Shown: piece by piece, positions 49,262 through 60,149 of the stretch
Layout: every line of letters starts with the position of its first letter
How positions within the stretch are numbered: the stretch's first letter is position 1
NCBI GenBank assembly: GCA_963794535.1
Contig: CAWCEI010000007.1
Location: forward strand, 27,182-91,181
Length of the DNA: 64,000 nucleotides
Reading direction: 5' to 3'
From: an uncultured Actinomycetota bacterium
GTDB lineage: Bacteria; Actinomycetota; Actinomycetes; Actinomycetales; CAVURS01
Position numbers and translations under genes: made by a program
The notes under the pieces: model-generated
What the model was told of the DNA's origin: nothing
The model's input: the letters and a program-made list of their open reading frames with translations, nothing else
Databases searched by the model: none

Positions 49262-51028
49262 GTGCGCTCCCTCCCCTACGACGACGCGGGGCAGCCTGAC
49301 CTGAGGTCTCCGGGTCGCCTGCTGCTGTGGATCGCGCGTCAGCAGTGGACCTCCCTGCTCAGCGGGATGTTCTGGGGCGTTGCCTGGTTCGTCGCGCAGG
49401 CTCTGATACCCGCGACGATCGGCAAGGCGATCGACACCGGTGTGGTCGGTGGCGACCTCCGCGGTTTGCTCGGCTGGACCGGTGTCGTGTTCGGCCTGGC
49501 TGTGGTGGTCGGCCTCTGCGGCATGATGCGGCACCGCGCTGCCGTCGCCAACTGGCTGCAGGCCGCGTTCCGGGTCATCCAGCTGATCGGCGACCACGCG
49601 GCGAGCAGTGGCGAGGCCCTGCCGCGGCAGATCGCCACGGGCGAGGTCGTCGCCACCGTGGCCAGCGACGCGCACCGGATCGGCGGCACGTACGACGTCT
49701 CGGCCCGGTTCGCCGGGGGCATGGCGTCGTACGTCGTCGTCGCCGTCATCATGCTCAACATCTCGGTGCCCCTCGGCCTGCTCGTCCTGATCGGTGTGCC
49801 GTTCGTGACGCTGGTGCTGGGCATCCTGATCCGGCCGCTCCATCACCGGCAGAGCGCGCAGCGCGAACAGGTCGGCCGATTGACCACCTTGGGCGCCGAT
49901 ACCGTTGCGGGACTTAGGGTTCTGCGCGGGATCGGCGGCGAGGCGACCTTTGCCGATCGGTACGCCGCGCAGTCCCAGCGGGTGCGCACCGAGGGGGTCC
50001 GGGTTGCCGGCGTGCAGTCGATCATGGACGCCGCGCAGGTCTTCATCCCGGGCGTCTTCGTCGTCCTGATCACCTGGCTCGGCGCGCGGTTCGCCATCGA
50101 GGGGCGGATCACGCCCGGCCAGCTGGTGGCGTGCTACGGCTACGCGGCCTTCCTGATCGGGCCGCTCGGCACGGCGATCGAGATGGCCGACCGGGCCACG
50201 CGGGCGTACGTCGGCGCGCGCCGGGTGATCCGGGTCCTGTCCGTCCAGCCGGCCGTCGACGACCCGCTCGTCGCCGCGACTGCGCCGGCGGCCGGTTCCG
50301 GCCTGGCCGACCCGATGACCGGTCTGGTCATCGAGCCCGGCCTGCTGACCGCGGTCGTGTCCGCGCACCCCGAGGAGTCGGCCGAGCTGGCCGACCGGCT
50401 CGGCCGGTTCGGCCTGGCCGACGGGACCGGGCCGCGGGGCCATCAAACGGGTGTCCACGGCGACGGCCACGGCGTGCGGCTGGGCGGCGTACCGCTGTCG
50501 GCCCTGCCGCTCGAGCAGATCCGTCAGCGGATCGTCGTGAGCGAGACCGAGCCGCGCCTGTTCACCGGCGTCCTGCGGGATGAGCTGAGCGGCCCGCGGG
50601 AGGAGAAGCTCTCCGACGCCGACCTCTGGGCGGCGATCGACGTGGCCAGTGCGGGCGACGCCGTCGATGCGATGCCCGATGGGCTCGACGGCCGGCTCGA
50701 GGAGCGCGGCCGATCGCTGTCCGGCGGCCAGCGCCAGCGGCTGGCGCTGGCCCGCGTGCTGTTGCGCGACGCCGAGACGTTGGTGCTGGTCGAGCCGACC
50801 AGCGCGGTCGACGCCCACACCGAGGCCCGGATCGGCGAGCGCCTGCGCGACTCGCGGGCCGGCCGCTCGACCATCGTCATGACGTCGAGCCCGCTGATGC
50901 TCGACCATGCCGACCGGGTGATCTTCCTGGCAGATGGCCACGTCGACGCGACCGGCACCCACGCGGAGCTGCTGCAGAGCTCGCCGGGCTACCGGTCGGT
51001 CGTGCTGCGCGGCGAGGAGTCGTCGTGA
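49262..51028 (+). CDS. ABC exporter, fused permease/ATPase subunit 1
   Basis: Intact ORF 49226-51028; my preferred start is GTG 49262, which follows GGAG. Six TM helices, then an NBD with LSGGQRQRLALARVLLRD and LVLVEPTSAVD. Confidence 0.85.
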   Translation: MRSLPYDDAGQPDLRSPGRLLLWIARQQWTSLLSGMFWGVAWFVAQALIPATIGKAIDTGVVGGDLRGLLGWTGVVFGLAVVVGLCGMMRHRAAVANWLQAAFRVIQLIGDHAASSGEALPRQIATGEVVATVASDAHRIGGTYDVSARFAGGMASYVVVAVIMLNISVPLGLLVLIGVPFVTLVLGILIRPLHHRQSAQREQVGRLTTLGADTVAGLRVLRGIGGEATFADRYAAQSQRVRTEGVRVAGVQSIMDAAQVFIPGVFVVLITWLGARFAIEGRITPGQLVACYGYAAFLIGPLGTAIEMADRATRAYVGARRVIRVLSVQPAVDDPLVAATAPAAGSGLADPMTGLVIEPGLLTAVVSAHPEESAELADRLGRFGLADGTGPRGHQTGVHGDGHGVRLGGVPLSALPLEQIRQRIVVSETEPRLFTGVLRDELSGPREEKLSDADLWAAIDVASAGDAVDAMPDGLDGRLEERGRSLSGGQRQRLALARVLLRDAETLVLVEPTSAVDAHTEARIGERLRDSRAGRSTIVMTSSPLMLDHADRVIFLADGHVDATGTHAELLQSSPGYRSVVLRGEESS

Positions 51029-52846
51029 TGACCCCGTTCGAGCCGGTCCGGTCGCTCGGGCCCGGTGGCCGTCTCCCGGTCGCGACCGCGACCGAGGTGC
51101 GCACCGAGGCGCGGCGGCTGTTCCGCGAGCACCGCCGGCCGATGTCCGTGGTGCTGACCTTGCACGCGCTGGCTGCCCTGACCGGTCTGGTCGGGCCGCC
51201 GGTGCTCGGCCGCCTGGTCCAGGAGGTCAGCGACCACCGGCTGACGACCAGCGACGCCAACCGCTTCGCGCTGTTGCTCGCGGGCGCGGTGGTCGCGCAG
51301 TCGGTGCTGACCCGGTTCGCGCGCTACACGTCGTTCGTTCTCGGCGAGCGGGTGTTCGCCCAGCTGCGGGAGGAGTTCGTCGAGCGGGTCCTCGGGCTGC
51401 CCTTGTCGACCGTCGAGCGGGCCGGCACCGGCGACCTGATCTCGCGCACTACCAACGACATCGACGCGTTGGCCGAGACGGTGCGGTTCGCCGTGCCGGC
51501 GGTCCTCGTGGCGAGCATGACGACGGTGCTGACGGTTGGTGCGACCCTCGCCGCCGGCTGGCTGGTCGCGTTGCCGGTCTTCGTCGGCGTGCCGCTGCTG
51601 GTCGCCTCGACCCGGTGGTACCTGCGCCGCGCCCCGGCCGGATACCTGGCCGAACGGGCCGCCTACGCCGAGCTCAACGGCACCATCACCGAGACGGTCG
51701 AGGGCGCCCGGACGGTCGACGCGCTGGGCCTGCGGGCGCGGCGGGTCGAGCGGACCCGGCAGGACATGCGCGCGGCGTACGGGATCGAGCGCTACACCCT
51801 CGGGCTACGGCAGCGCTGGTTCCCGACGGTCGACCTGGCGTTCCTGGCGCCCGTGTCGCTGTGCCTGCTGTGGGGCGGCTTCCTCGTCTCGCACGGCCGG
51901 GCCAACGTCGCCGCCGTGACCGCAGTGACGCTGTACGTCGTGCAGCTGGTCGACCCGCTGGACGAGCTGCTCTCCTGGCTCGACGAGGTGCAGGTCGGTG
52001 CGTCGTCGCTGGCCCGGATCATCGGGGTGGCCAAGGTGCCGCCGGACCGGACCCCCAGCGGCCAGGTGCCGACCGACGAGCGGATCGAGGCGCGGGACGC
52101 GTCGTACGCCTACCGCGAGGGTCACGACGTCCTGCACGACGTGTCGCTGTCGTTGGTGCCGGGCGAGCGGCTCGCGGTCGTCGGGCCGTCCGGGGCCGGG
52201 AAGTCCACGCTCGGGCGGCTGATCGCTGGGATCCATCCGCCGCGCACCGGCTCGGTCACCGTCGGGGGCGTGCCTCTGGTCGACCTGCCGCTCGAGGCGT
52301 TGCGCGGCTCGGTCGCCCTGGTGACCCAGGAGCATCACGTCTTCGTCGGGACGCTGGCCGACAACCTGCGGCTGGCCCGGCCCGAGGCTTCGGACGAGGC
52401 GCTCGTGTCGGCGCTCGCAGTCGGTGGATGCGCTGGAGTGGGCGTTGGCCCTGCCGGACGGTCTGGCCACCAAGGTCGGCGCCGGGGCCATCTCGCTCAC
52501 CCCGCCGCAGGCCCAGCAGGTGGCGCTGGCCCGGCTGGTCCTGGCCGACCCGCACACGCTGGTGCTGGACGAGGCGACCTCGCTGCTCGACCCGCGGGCG
52601 GCCCGGCACCTGGAGCGGTCGCTCTCGGCGGTGCTGTCCGGCCGGACCGTCGTGGCGATCGCGCACCGGCTGCACACCGCCCACGACGCGGACCGCGTCG
52701 CCGTGGTCGAGGACGGCCAGATCTCCGAGCTCGGCAGCCACGAGGAGCTGCTCGCCTCGGGCGGGGCCTACGCCGCGCTGTGGCGGTCCTGGCAGCACCA
52801 GCCGACGCCGGACCCGGCCGCCGGCGGTGCCGCGCCGGTCGGCTGA
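51025..52846 (+). pseudogene. ABC exporter, fused permease/ATPase subunit 2, 1 frameshift
   Basis: The start overlaps the upstream stop (GTGATGA). The TM domain and Walker A (VVGPSGAGKSTLGRLI) are in ORF 51025-53460. After about 52415 it continues in ORF 52424-52846 (..LTPPQAQQVALARLVLADPHTLVLDEATSLLD..VVAIAHRLHTA..). Confidence 0.85.
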
Positions 52847-52993
52847 GGTCAGCTGCCGCGGTGTCCGGTTCCGGCGGACTGTTCCGGCGTGCGTTTTCGG
52901 GCCTGGACGGGCCTAGGCGGTCGTCGGAACAGTCGGCCGGTTCGCCAGGCGGCAAAGGAGGGCCGTCGCGCGGGACGTGCGAGGCTCACGGCC

Positions 52994-53447
52994 ATGACCC
53001 CGAGGCCGCGCACTGTCCCGCTCGCCGGTGCGACCGCGCTCGCCGGCCTGTCCGCGCTGCACCTGGCCTGGGCCGCCGGGTCGGCCTGGCCGGCCCGGAG
53101 CCGCAGCGAGCTGAGCGCGGTCATGGCCGGCCGGAGCGAGGTGCCCAGCCCGGTGGCCTGCGTCGTCGTGGCGACCGGGCTGGCGGGAGCGGCCGGACTC
53201 GTGGGCGGCGTGGGCGGCGACCGGCCGGTCGCGCGCCTGGCCCGGGCCGGGATCGCCGCCGGCTTCCTGGTCCGCGGGGTGGCCGGGCTCACCGGCAACA
53301 CCCGGCGCCTGGTGTCGTGGACGCCGGCCCCACGGTTCGTGCGGCTGGATCGCCGCTACTACGGCCCGCTCTGCCTGGCGATCGCCGCGACGGCACTGCG
53401 ATCCGGGCTCGCTCGCCGGCCGCGGTCAGGCGTCGAAAGCCGAGTAG
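52994..53447 (+). CDS. Small integral membrane protein (DUF3995-like), 3' end uncertain
   Basis: From ATG 52994: MTPRPRTVPLAGATALAGLSALHLAWAAGSAWP..VACVVVATGLAGAAGLV..AGIAAGFLVRGVAGL..YYGPLCLAIAATAL. The ORF then runs on antisense into the SDR gene. Plausible stops at 53445/53458 are in other frames. Confidence 0.45.
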
Positions 53448-54369
53448 TCCACGCCGGTGAGCTCGATCGAGCGGGCCCAGAGCGCACGAGCCAGGTGTTC
53501 GTCGTACGCCGCGGGCACGGCGCGCACGAAGACCGGGCTGCCGCGGGTCTCGCCCGGGCCGGAGGGACCGGCGTACTCGCCACCGACCAGGCCCGGACGG
53601 GTGGCCGCGAAGAGCGTCGGCCAGGCGCCGTGCGCCGCGGGCTGGCTCCAGAGACCGTAGACGCCGCCCGCGACCTGAGCCAGGCCGGGGATGCGGCGCA
53701 TCGGGCCGTTGGCGACCAGGTGGGTCGCGGACAGGCCCGGGTGCGCGGCGACGCTGAGCAGCTCGCGCCCCGCCGCGTCGGCGCGCCGCTGCAGCTCCAT
53801 CGCGAACAGCAGGTTGGCCAGCTTGCTCCGGCCGTAGGCCGGCCAGGCGCGGTAGCGCGCCCGCTCGCCCAACGGGTCGTCCGCGTCGAGCCGGCCGAAC
53901 CGGTGCGCCAGGCTGCTGACCGTCACGACCCGGGGCTCCGGCGCGGCCAGCAGCTGTGGCAGCAGCAGCCCGGTCAGCGCGAAGTGGCCCGAGGTGGTTG
54001 GTCGCCATCTGCAGCTCGAAGCCGTCGGCGCTGCGCCGCTTCGGGGTCGCCATGACGCCGGCGTTGTTGACCAGCAGGTCGATCCGGTCGACGCGCGTCG
54101 CGATCTCGTCGGCGGCCTCGCGGACCGCAGTCGAGGTCGGCCAGGTCGAGCGAGAGCAGCTCGGCCGAGCCGAGCGCGCCGCACCTCGGCCAGCGCGGCC
54201 TCGCCGCGGCCGGCGTCGCGCGCCGCCGATGATGACGTGAGCACCCTTGCCGGCCAACACTTTTGCCGTCTTCGAGCCCGATGCCGGAGTTGGCGCCGGT
54301 GACCAGAACGACGCGGCCGGACTGGTCCGGGATGTCCGCGACCGACCAGGGCGCGGCGGTCGAGGTCAT
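53426..54369 (-). pseudogene. Short-chain dehydrogenase/reductase (SDR), at least 5 frameshifts
   Basis: GRVVLVTGANSGIGLE (ORF 53974-54369), LAGKGAHVII.. and VDRIDLLVNNAGVMATP..FELQMATNHLG (ORF 53289-54260), HFALTGLLLPQLL..VVTVSSLAH..YGRSKLANLLF (ORF 53426-54406). The ATG overlaps the GMC stop (ATGA). Confidence 0.8.
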
Positions 54370-56159
54370 CGAGGCGTGGCTGAGAGGCGCAACGCTCCGG
54401 GTGCACCCTCCGGCACGGCCGGTGTCGTCGGCGCGACCGGGTCCAGACGGCGATAGGCGGCGCCCTGGGCGGGGCGAGAGTCCGCTTCAGATCGGTTGGG
54501 CCACAACGAGATCGCTCGCTCGGCCTGGGCGGTGATGGTCAGCGACGGGTTGACGCCGAGGTTGGCGGACACGGCCGAGCCGTCGACGACGTGCAGGCCG
54601 GGATAGCCGAACACCCGCTGGTAGGGGTCGACGACACCGCGCTCGGCCGAGTCGCCGATCACGCAGCCGCCGAGGAAGTGCGCGGTCATCGGCACGTCAG
54701 CGACATCGCCGACCGTGCCGCCGGCGTCGGCGGTGACGCTGGTCCGGGCCTGCAGCCGGGCCGCCAACCGGCGGATCGCCTCGTGCCCCAACGGGATCCA
54801 CGTCGGGTTGGGCACGCCGTGCCCCTGCCGGGACGTCAGCGCGAAGCCACCGCCCGAGCCGGCGCGGCCGGGCCGACACGGTCAGCGAGTTGTCCAGGCT
54901 CTGCATGACCAGGCCGATGACCGTGCGCTCGCTCCAGCGCCGCACCCAGACCGTGCGGGCCACCTGGTCCGGCCGTCGCGCGGCCTGGCCGAGCCAGCGG
55001 GCCCAGCGCGGCGCGCCGACCGCCGCCGTCGACCAGCAGCGACCCGAGCAGGCCCATCGAGTTGGATCCCTTGCCGTAGCGGACGTTCTCGACGTGGGTG
55101 TCGTCGTCCGGGTGGAACGAGGAGGTGATGGCGACGCCCTTGGCCAGGTCGGCGTCGGCCGGCACGTGCCGGGTCACCGCGCCGAGCAGGGACTCGGAGT
55201 TGGTCCGGGTGAGCTCGCCGAGCCGGGGCGACAGGGCGGGCAGCGAGCCGGACGCGCGCAGCGAGTGCAGCAGCTTCTGGGTGCCCCAGGTGCCGGCGGC
55301 CAGCACGACCTGGCCCGCGGTCACCGTCCGCCGGTCGCGCCGGCGCCAGGCACCGGTGCGCTCGGTCGTCACCGCGTAGCCGGCCTCGGGTCGCGCCGGG
55401 TCGAGCGGGCGCACGTCGACGACCGTGCGCAGCGGCTCGATCGTGCACGCCGAGCCGCTCGGCGAGCGCGAGGTAGTTCTTGACCAGGGTGTTCTTGGCG
55501 CCGACCCGGCAGCCCACCATGCAGTTGCCGCACTCGGTGCAGCCGGTGCGGGCCGGCCCGGCGCCGCCGAAGAACGGGTCGGCCACCAGCGACACCGGGC
55601 TCCTGCCGCTGCTGCCCGGTCTGCGGGTCGGGCCGGCCGAAGAAGACCCCGACCGGCGTCTTGCGGAAGGTGTGCCCGACGCCCATCTCGTCGGCGACGG
55701 CCCGCATGATCTCCTCGACCGGGCCCTCGCACGGGTTGTCGACGACGCCGAGCATCCGCGCGGCCTGGTCGTAGTGCGGCGCCAGCTCGCCGGCCCAGTC
55801 GGTGATCGGCCTGCCACTGCGGGTCGTCGAAGAACGCCTTCGGCGGCACGTAGAGCGTGTTGGCGTAGTTCAGCGAGCCGCCGCCGACCCCGGCCCCGGC
55901 CAGCAGCACGACGTCGGGCAGCCGGTGGATCCGCTGCACGCCGTAGCAGCCGAGCCGCGGCGCCCAGAAGTAGCGCCGCACGTCCCACGACGTCTTGGCG
56001 AACTCATCGTCCTCGAACCGACGACCGGACTCGAAAACCGTTACGCCATAACCCTTTTCGGCCAGTCGTAGCGCGGCCACCGAGCCGCCGAAACCGGAGC
56101 CGACGACGACGACATCGACGTCGTACCCGTCCGGTCGGTCAGGCGCCGGCAGTCGTCAC
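54366..56159 (-). pseudogene. GMC-family FAD oxidoreductase (cholesterol-oxidase/alcohol-oxidase-like), at least 7 frameshifts
   Basis: YDVDVVVVGSGFGGSVAALRLAEKGYGVTVFESG (ORF 54836-56080 and upstream), [20 protein letters not shown] (ORF 55369-55755), [28 protein letters not shown] (ORF 54882-55988), [14 protein letters not shown]. The C-terminus is HFLGGCVIG..GLHVVDGSAVSANLGVNPSLTITAQAERA (ORF 54366-54815). The GTG start overlaps the ALDH stop (GTGA). Confidence 0.8.
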
Positions 56160-57753
56160 CGCAGCCCGCGCGCTTCATCGCCTTGAGCGACGACGGTGAG
56201 CGACTTGGCCCAGGCCTGCTGCGACATGCCGAACGGCGGGCCGACGCCGAGCCCGTGCTGCGCGGTGACGTTCTGCACGTCGGTGTACTTGGTGATGCCT
56301 TCGGCGCCGTGCCGCCGGGACAGGCCGGAGTCCTTCATGCCGCCCATCGGCGCACCGATGCTGCCCCAGGCCGCGGCGTAGCCCTCGTTGACGTTGACCG
56401 TGCCGGCCTTGATCCGCGCCGCGATCGCCCGGCCCCGCCGGACGTCGCGGGTCCAGACGCTGGCATTGAGCCCGTACGCCGTGTCGTTGGCCAGCGTCGA
56501 CCGCCTCGTCGTCGGAGCCGACCCGGTAGACCGAGACGACCGGCCCGAACGTCTCCTCGTCGCGGCAGGCCATCGCTCGCGGTGACACCGGCCAGCACGG
56601 TCGGCTCGTAGAACAGCGGCCCGATGTCCGGGCGGGCCCGGCCACCGGCCAGCACCGTCGCGCCCTGGCTGCGCGCGTCCTCGACGTGCCGGGTCACCGT
56701 GGCCAGCTGGGCCGGCGACAGCAGCGAGCCCATGTCGGCCGACCAGTCCAGGCCGCCGCCCAGCGTCATCGCCGCGGACCCGGCCGAGGAAGAGCTCGAG
56801 GAACCGGTCGGCCACGCTCTCGTGGACGACCAGCCGCTCCATCGAGACGCAGAGCTGGCCGGCGCCGGAGAAGCAGGCCCGCACGGCGCCCTCGGCCGCC
56901 CGGTCGAGGTGCGCGTCCGCCGCGACGTACATCGTGTTCTTGCCGCCGAGCTCGAGGGAGACGCCGACCAGGCGCCGGGCCGCGACCTGCGCGACCGCGC
57001 GTCCGGTCGCGGTCGAGCCGGTGTAGCAGACGTAGTCGGCGGTCTCGACGACCGCCTGGCCGGTCGTCCGGACCCGGCCCGAGCACGACCTGGACGCACC
57101 TCGTCCGGGAGCCCGGCCTCGACCAGCAGCTCGACCCCGAGCAGCGCGGTCAGCGAGGTCTGCTGGTCCGGGCGGAGGACGACGGCGTTGCCGGCCATCA
57201 GCGCGGGCAGGGCGTCGGAGATGGCCAGGGTCAGCGGGTAGTTCCACGGCGAGACGATGCCGACGACGCCCTTGGGGTGGCGCAGCTCGCGGCTCTGGGT
57301 CAGCAGCGGGAAGAGGCCGAGCCGCGCGGTGCGGCCGCAGGTAGCCGGCCGCCCGCCGCGCGTAGTGCCGGGCCACGAGCGCGACGTCGGCGATCTCCTC
57401 GAACGCGTGCAGCCGGGCCTTGCCGCACTCGATCTGGATCAGGTCGAGCAGCTGGCTCTGCCGGTCCAGCACCAGGTCGTGGAAGCGGAGCAGGATCGCG
57501 GCCTTGGCCTGGGCCGGCACCGCGGCCCAGGCCGGTTGGGCGTCCCGCGCGCGGCGTACGGCGGTGGCCACATCGGCCGCGGTCGAGACCGGCAGGACGG
57601 CGATCGGGGCGCCGGTGAACGGGGCCGACGGCGGTGTGGGTCGGGGCGTCCGGGCGCGGCCACGACCCGGGCGGCCAGCCGGCGGGCCAGCGAGGGGTCG
57701 ACCGCGTAGGTCGCGGTGAGGTCGTGCTGCGGGTCCGCGATGGTCTCCGACAT
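56156..57753 (-). pseudogene. NAD(P)-dependent aldehyde dehydrogenase (succinate-semialdehyde-DH-like), at least 7 frameshifts
   Basis: Start MSETIADPQHDLTATYAVDP (ORF 57439-57753). ATAVRRARDAQPAWAA..FHDLVLDRQSQLLDLIQIECGKARLHAFEEI and VSLELGGKNTMYV..FSGAGQLCVSMERLVVHE (ORF 56156-57571). MAGNAVVLRPDQQTSLTAL (ORF 56335-57198). EETFGPVVSVYRV (ORF 56175-56645). The end is ..GGMKDSGLSRRHG... Confidence 0.85.
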
Positions 57754-57792
57754 GACCTGAGCCTAGGCCGTGGTTCGCCGGATGGCGCTGCC

Positions 57793-59998
57793 TCAGGAGG
57801 TGGCGGCGAGCACCAGCGGGTACGCCGCGGTGGCGCCCGCCTGGCGCAGGGCCTGGGCGCAGACGGCCAGGTCCAGCCGGTGTCGGTCCGGTCGTCGAGC
57901 AGCAGGACCCGGCGGCCGGCGACCGCGGCCGGGTCGGCCAGGCGGTGCCGCCGGGCGACGGCGCGCAGCCGCTGGGCCGAGTTGACGTCGTGCGGGCTCG
58001 GCGCGTCCGGGTCGACGCACGTCGAACGTCGTGAGCACCGGCACCTCGAGGTAGCGGGACAGCCCGTCGCCGAGGTGGGCCACCAGCTGCGGGCGGGCCG
58101 CCGAGCCGATGACGACCAGGCCGTCCGGGGCTGGCCGCCGTCGATGTCCCAGGCGTCGAGCACCTGGACCAGCGCGTGCCGCAGCGGCACCGGGATCTCG
58201 CCGTCGGGCGCGCCGTCGCGGAGCAGGTCGTGCAGCGCCCGGCCCCAGCCGAGGTCGGTCAGCCGGGCGATGGCCCGGCCCGCCTCGGCCTGCTCGTCGG
58301 CCGGGATCTTGCCGGACAGCTCGACCCCGACCGAGCCCATGCCGGTCGGCCAGAGCTTGCGCGGCTCGACCGCGACGCCGGGCCGGTCGAGCCGCTGCTG
58401 CGCCGCTTCGACCAGCGTGGCGTCGGCCGATCGTGGCCAGCGTCAGGCCGCCGCAGCGGTCGCAGCGCCCGCACGGCTGCGGCACCCGGGTCGTCGAGGG
58501 CCCGGCGCAGGAACTCCATCCGACACCCTTGCGCCGCAACGTATTCCAGCATCGCCGACTGCTCGACCTGGCGGGTCTCCCGGACCCGCGCGTAGCGCTC
58601 CGCGTCGTACGACCAGGGCTCGCCGGTCGCCACCCAGCCGCCGCGCACCCGGCGTACGGCGCCGTCGACGTCGAGCACCTTGAGCATCATCTCGAGCCGG
58701 GTGCGGCGCAGCGTCACGTGCGGCTCGAGCGCCGCCGTCGACAGGGGCTTGCCCGCCTCGCCGAGGATGGCCAGCGCCTGCCGCACCTCGGGCTCGGCCG
58801 GGAAGGCCAGGGAGCCGAAGTAGTCCCAGATGTCGCGGTCCTCGCGGCCGGGCAGCAGCACGGCGACCGCCCGGTCGATGGCGCGGCCGGCCCGGCCGAC
58901 CTGCTGGTAGTACGCGATCGGCGACGCCGGGGCGCCGAGGTTGACGACCCAGCCGAGGTCCGGCATGTCGAAGCCCATGCCCAGCGCCGAGGTCGCCACC
59001 AGCGCCTTGAGCCGGCCGGCCAGCAGGTCGTCCTCGGCGGCCAGCCGCTCGGCCTGCTCGGTCTGGCCGGAGTAGGCCGCCGCGTCGTAGCCGGCGCCGC
59101 GCAGGTGCTCGGCGACCTCCTGGGTCGCGGCGACGGTGAGGCAGTAGACGATGCCCGGCCCGGGCAGCTCGCGCAGGTGCTCGGCCAGCCAGGCCAGCCG
59201 GGCCGCCTGGTTGGGCAGCTCGACCACGCCGAGGTGCAGCGACTCGCGGTCGAGGTCGCCGCGCAGCACGAGGACGTCGTCGAGCACGTCGGTGCCGGTG
59301 ATCGAGAGCTGCTCGGCGACGTCGGCCGTGACCCGGGCGTTGGCCGTCGCGGTGGTCGCCAGCACCGGGATGCCCTCGGGCAGGTCGGCCAGCATGGTCC
59401 GGATCCGGCGGTAGTCGGGCCGGAAGTCGTGGCCCCAGTCCGAGATGCAGTGCGCCTCGTCGACGACGAGCAGGCCGGCGGCGGCGGCCAGCCGGGGCAG
59501 CACCTCGTCGCGGAACTCCGGGTTGTTGAGCCGCTCCGGGCTGACCAGCAGCACGTCGACCTCGCCGCGGTTGATCGCGTCGTAGGTCGTGGCCCAGTCG
59601 CCGCTGTTGGTCGAGTTGATGGTCACGGCGTGGATGCCGGCCCGGTCGGCGGCGGCGATCTGGTTGCGCATCAGGGCGAGCAGCGGGGACACGATGACCG
59701 TCGGGCCGGCGCCGCCGGCCCGCAGCAGCGCCGTCGCGACGAAGTAGACCGCCGACTTGCCCCAGCCGGTGCGCTGGACGACGAGGGCGCGGCGCCGGTC
59801 GGCCACCAGGGCCTCGATCGCGGTCCACTGGTCGTCGCGCAGGACCGCGTCGTCCCGGCCGACGAGCGCCCGCAGGTGCCGCTCGGCCGCCGCCCGCAGC
59901 TCGCGCCCGCGTCCGGCCCGGCCGTCGTACCGGCGGTCCGGCCGTCGTACCGAGGTCGCCGGCCTGGACGTCGATGGGGGTGGGTCGGGAGGAGGTCA
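57793..59998 (-). pseudogene. RecQ-family DNA helicase with C-terminal phosphoribosyltransferase-like domain, at least 6 frameshifts
   Basis: ORF 58259-59806 carries LVVQRTGWGKSAVYF, LLVVDEAHCISDWGHDFRPDY, ATTATAN, ALVATSALGMGFDMPDLGWVVNLGAP and YYQQVGRAGR. A Zn-finger-like PCGRCDRCGG lies in ORF 57793-58539. The C-terminal part spans ORFs 57300-58340 and 57793-58539 and carries the PRPP-loop-like VLLLDDRTDTGWT. Confidence 0.8.
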
Positions 59999-60038
59999 TC
60001 GCGCCCAGCATGCCGCGCGCCTCCGACGCCCCCACAAT

Positions 60039-60147
60039 CCCGTGCTCCCGCTAGGCCGCCTTGCTCCACTTAGGCCGGTGAATCGGGCCGGAAATCGGCC
60101 CCGATCACCGGCCTAACGGGAGCACGGCGGCCGGGTGGGAGCACGGG
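60039..60147. repeat. 109-nt nested imperfect palindrome (long hairpin) between the HAD gene and the RecQ gene
   Basis: Pairings: 60039-60049 CCCGTGCTCCC with 60137-60147 GGGAGCACGGG; 60054-60060 GGCCGCC with 60126-60132 GGCGGCC; 60062-60067 TGCTCC with 60119-60124 GGAGCA; 60070-60081 TTAGGCCGGTGA with 60105-60116 TCACCGGCCTAA. The apical stem ATCGGGCC/GGCCCCGAT carries one bulge. Confidence 0.75.
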
Positions 60148-60149
60148 GG

